A stretch of DNA of 64,000 nucleotides from Phallusia mammillata (taxonomy: Eukaryota). Positions 61,101 through 64,000 of the stretch are shown here, one piece after another (position 1 is the first letter of the stretch; the number at the start of each line of letters is the position of its first letter). Both the position numbers and the translations under genes were made by a program. The notes beneath the pieces were generated by a model, which saw only the letters and a program-made list of their open reading frames with translations, searched no databases and was not told the DNA's origin. The stretch is from the NCBI GenBank assembly GCA_965637545.1, contig OZ281497.1, forward strand, positions 21,204,001-21,268,000, given 5' to 3'.

Positions 61101-64000
61101 CTAACACGTCAACGACTTTAAATTGACTTGTCAGTTTTCCTTCAACAGCGATTGGCTTGAAAACCTCCAGGTAGTGCTCTCCATGAACAAGCTGGACAAC
61201 AAGCATTAATTTGCAGACAGTACTGTTTCAACCTATGTAAGGTCTTATTAGAGCACCTGGTGACAGGAAAGGCTATTTTTTACGTTTTGACATAAAGGGC
61301 GCTTGATACGTAAAGTAATGATACGTTGTCACATGTCTTGTTGAAAAAAAATTGTGCGTACCAAAAACGGCTTATTTTAAAGCTTTTGGTTCGCAACTGG
61401 TTTTCATGGCTTTGTTGCTACTTTAAGTCAACTAAACCTTTGCGAAGTTGATGTTCAGTCCGTCGATCCCAGTAAGTTTTAAGTCAATTACGGCATAGGT
61501 CGGCAAAGCACAAAAATCTTTATGACCCTCGAACAAAAACTTCAAGTTGTCTTTTCGTTTAGTTGAAGCTCCGGCTGAAAAATGCAAAAAAGCATTTACT
61601 TCAAGCCCTTTGCAGCGAATCCCAATGTGGGAAGTTCGTAGGCTTTGGGGACAAAAACAGCAAAGTTAAATTAAAAACTAATAAACCAATATAAATTTAT
61701 TTCTACGGTGTGGACATTTTTTGTCATCAATAGCCCTAAGATGGGCGTTTAATCACATATCGAGCTTATTTAGCAACCAAAACCATCACAAAAGATTCCT
61801 TACTTCCCAGTGCATAGAGTATAACCCCATTTCGATTGCATGTTGTACTAAATGGTGCAATTTTGTGTTTCTTGATGGCTTTGGGACGAATCGGGTGCCT
61901 TGACCCAAGGTCGTTGTCTCCCGCTCGTATTCGGGCAATAGCTTCGCCGATTTTTATTGACAATTCATCAATGCTCTGAAAGTAAAAGAAGATTTTTGTA
62001 GCACACTACAACATTTACTTGCCGTTTTTCTATTGAACGACTATGAAAATGACTAAAAGAAACAATACCATGGTCTATAACTTTACAATTTGCACAATGT
62101 AAATTTACTGTATCTTCAACTATTTTAAGGTTTTCAAAGATGTGCAGGTTAGACAATATCATTTCTTTATGTGTTGTATTTTAGGATTTTTCTCTTGAAA
62201 ATTGTGGGGCTTTTTCCAGTAAAGACAGAAAACTTAAATAGAAATAAAGTGAGACTGTTTACACGGGACACAGTCTTTGTTCAACTTCGCCAAAATTAGT
62301 CATGCTTTATCGTTTTTCTACGCTATCTTAGATCCGGTGTAAACGGACCTTGATGTTTGATGATTCTTATAATTCATTTTAAAAGCAACAGTTTAGACCC
62401 GAATATCCTGTATGTATCCACATAACATTCAGATAATGTCGCAAAACTGACTAACACAAATCTTCTTCTTTTTTTCGCTAAAGTCAGATTTAACATTACT
62501 TATGTATACACATATAATTACACAATCTCGGGGTTGTAAGTCGAGCCGGGCTTTTTTGGTCGGGTTCGGTTCGGGCCAATTTCGGGCTTTAGTTTCAATA
62601 AATCAGTATTCCACACTCCATTTTGGGGTCTAATTCGGGATTTGTTTGTGTTTTTAATTAGGTTCGAGCCCGGTTTCGGGCGTGTACTTTAGGGTTCGGG
62701 CCTGCTTAGTATAATCTGCACTAACATTTAATGAATCGGCCTCCGAAAAATCAGTGACAGCAGACCAGTTTTCTTTCACATCTTCCGGCGTCATTTCGCG
62801 GCCGATTTCTCGCAGTACTGCTCCCTTTGTTCTTTGCCACCTCAGTTTTGAGATAAGGCCACCACCAAGATCAAACAGACCACCTAAAAGATAAAGAATT
62901 TATTTGATGAGGTAGCTCAACGGAGGACAGTTTTTTTGTCAAGAAAGTCAATAACCTAAAACAAGAATTTTGTGTTTGAACTGATTTTGGGTGCGTCATT
63001 TTTCTGTGGAACCATCACCTCCGATGGTTTATGTACAGAATAAACTAACTTTGCAAGTGTGGCGAAATCTTGCTTAATTTTTCTAAAGATCCCGACCTAA
63101 CTGACAACTATGCCATAACATATTTTCATTAAAAATAGCAATAACAATATATTTACCATTCTCAGTGCAGGAATCATGGCACAAGTATACAACCAGAGGC
63201 ATGATGTGGGCAGGTAGCAATTCCTTTTCTGAACCTATATGTATATTTTGTACAGTTTATCCTTGACGACGCATATTTAACACCCGCAATATTTTTGAAT
63301 AGGATTGGTGCATGACATCTTTGTTAACTTAACTACATTGGCTTACCGGGGGGCATGACTTTTTCGCTTAATTTTGTCCATGCTGTTGGGGCAATGGTGT
63401 TGACATGGATTCCATATTTTACTCCCTCCAATGCAAGAGTGTTGGCGAACCCAACAAGTCCTAGTTTGGCTAAAAGCAAAAATAAATTTTTATTGTTTTT
63501 TAAAATACTGCTTAACCTGGGTTGCCATCGACATAGGTCCAGTTGGACCCCTAAATAAGAACAACCGAAATATTAAATTTTCCCACGAAACGAAACAAAC
63601 GTTTTTAAACAAATCTTTGCATTTATACGAGCCATGACATATCGCATGCCATATTTTTTTGCCAGAAACAATCTGTTCCAGCAACTTCTTGTTTGTAGAA
63701 AATATTTCGTGCATCTTATGACAGTTTAGGTCTAGGTTTACTTTTACTTGTAGCAGCGATTTAGGACTCAAGTCAAAAACAAGGACATTTCTTAGAAGTA
63801 AGGACAATCAAATTTTCTATGAAATTGCCCAACAAAATTGGAACTAATGTTAGAAACAAGGACGGTAGAGTAACCCTGGCTATAACCTTTAATTCCTACT
63901 GCTCTTGAAAAGAAAAAATGAGTCAAGCGTTTGTTTGTTTCATACTGATTGTGCTGAATCAACAAAAACCTGCACTGTAGTTTGATTGTCCGAAGTTGCC
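55157..64000 (-). CDS. HSD17B4: HSD17B4 paralogue, copy b (5' exons beyond the window edge)
   Basis: Minus-strand exons homologous to copy a, with identical sizes where checked: 63970-64000 (partial), 63347-63469, about 63116-63193, about 62727-62884, about 61804-61975, about 61438-61574, about 61069-61192, about 60680-60786, 59927-60169, 58120-58293, 57056-57191, 56179-56303, 55157-55246. [20 protein letters not shown] and terminal SKL are intact; no stop or frameshift seen. Confidence 0.93.
55481..55496 (+). other. Exact copy of the 16-nt ascidian (Ciona-type) spliced-leader exon, not followed by a GT donor
   Basis: ATTCTATTTGAATAAG matches the published Ciona SL as I recall it. It is followed by AACGACTGAAGA (hammerhead), not GT. 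Confidence 0.85.
55497..55537 (+). ncRNA. Minimal type I hammerhead ribozyme (HHR4), core intact, abutting the SL
   Basis: AACGA CTGAAGA T GCGCTTTTGGGGT GAAA TATA T A TCGTT. Perfect 5-bp stem I, palindromic TATA loop 3, U16.1-A17 cleavage site after 55532. Stem II is weakened (G.U closing pair, one G/G mismatch). Confidence 0.8.
55711..55754 (+). repeat. 16-bp direct repeat pair
   Basis: CTATTCCCACAACAAA at 55711-55726 and 55739-55754. Confidence 0.85.
55819..55992. mobile_element. hAT-type MITE (CAGTGCCGGATT family)
   Basis: TIR CAGTGCCGGATTAA / TTAATCCAGCACTG (13/14); 8-bp flanks CTCAAGTT / CTCAAGCT (7/8). Confidence 0.85.
58487..59399. mobile_element. Possible decayed Penelope-like insertion (913 bp) in an HSD17B4b intron
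   Basis: 12-bp direct repeat GAACGCCTATGA at 58475-58486 and 59400-59411. Contains HHR5. The minus strand near 58790-58915 gives frameshifted peptide VLANH../NIAYKPNTT/..KTKD../TNALYYI, reminiscent of the Penelope RT-to-GIY-YIG linker (weak). Confidence 0.45.
58552..58605 (+). ncRNA. Minimal type I hammerhead relic (HHR5) with non-cleavable G17
   Basis: TTTTGC ttttaa ATA CTGATGA T GCT-ataaa-GGC GAAA TATA T G TAT c GCAAAA. Core intact, palindromic TATA loop 3, bipartite stem I (3 bp, internal loop, 6 bp), but the NUH site reads UG. Confidence 0.65.
59434..59846. mobile_element. hAT-type MITE, 413 bp
   Basis: TIR CAGTGGTTCACAAAC / GTTTGAGAACCGCTG (13/15); perfect 8-bp TSD TTTTAAAC (59426-59433, 59847-59854). 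Confidence 0.9.
62535..62703. repeat. TCGGG/CCCGA-motif MITE-like element
   Basis: About ten copies of (T)TCGGG / GCCCGG in 170 bp within an AT-rich intron; ends not resolved. Confidence 0.55.
63517..63878. mobile_element. hAT-type MITE (CAGGGTTGCC family), degenerate
   Basis: Ends CTGGGTTGCC / GTAACCCTG, internal AGGAC repeats, similar flanks GCTTAAC / GCTATAAC. Confidence 0.5.

Noticed and set aside
1-64000. CRISPR arrays, rRNA or tRNA genes
   Set aside because: Eukaryotic locus; no repeat-spacer array, cloverleaf or rRNA-like sequence seen.

Overview
Gene-dense, intron-rich animal genomic DNA (about 36-37% GC). It is most likely an ascidian, because it contains an exact copy of the Ciona-type 16-nt spliced leader (SL). 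Protein-coding content, in order: the RRM1-RRM2-ZZ exons of a CPEB2/3/4 (Orb2-type) gene (+) with a long CPE-rich 3' region; a SET/TSPY-like NAP-family histone chaperone (-); a RASSF1/5-type C1-RA-SARAH gene (-); an SFI1-like centrin-binding repeat gene (+); and two convergent, inverted paralogues of peroxisomal HSD17B4 (copy a complete on +, copy b on - running off the right edge). Introns carry several hAT and Tigger-type MITEs with recognisable TIRs and TSDs. The main unexplained signal is five hammerhead-ribozyme (HHR) motifs of the Penelope/retrozyme type I kind, all with an extra U after CUGANGA. Three sit in insertions flanked by perfect 12-13 bp direct repeats. One has most of its core in the loop of a perfect 63-bp inverted repeat. 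One, with an intact catalytic core, is fused directly to the 3' end of the SL sequence, which suggests an SL-trans-spliced ribozyme RNA was reverse-transcribed back into the genome. All coordinates and counts were read by hand; no alignments or database searches were run.
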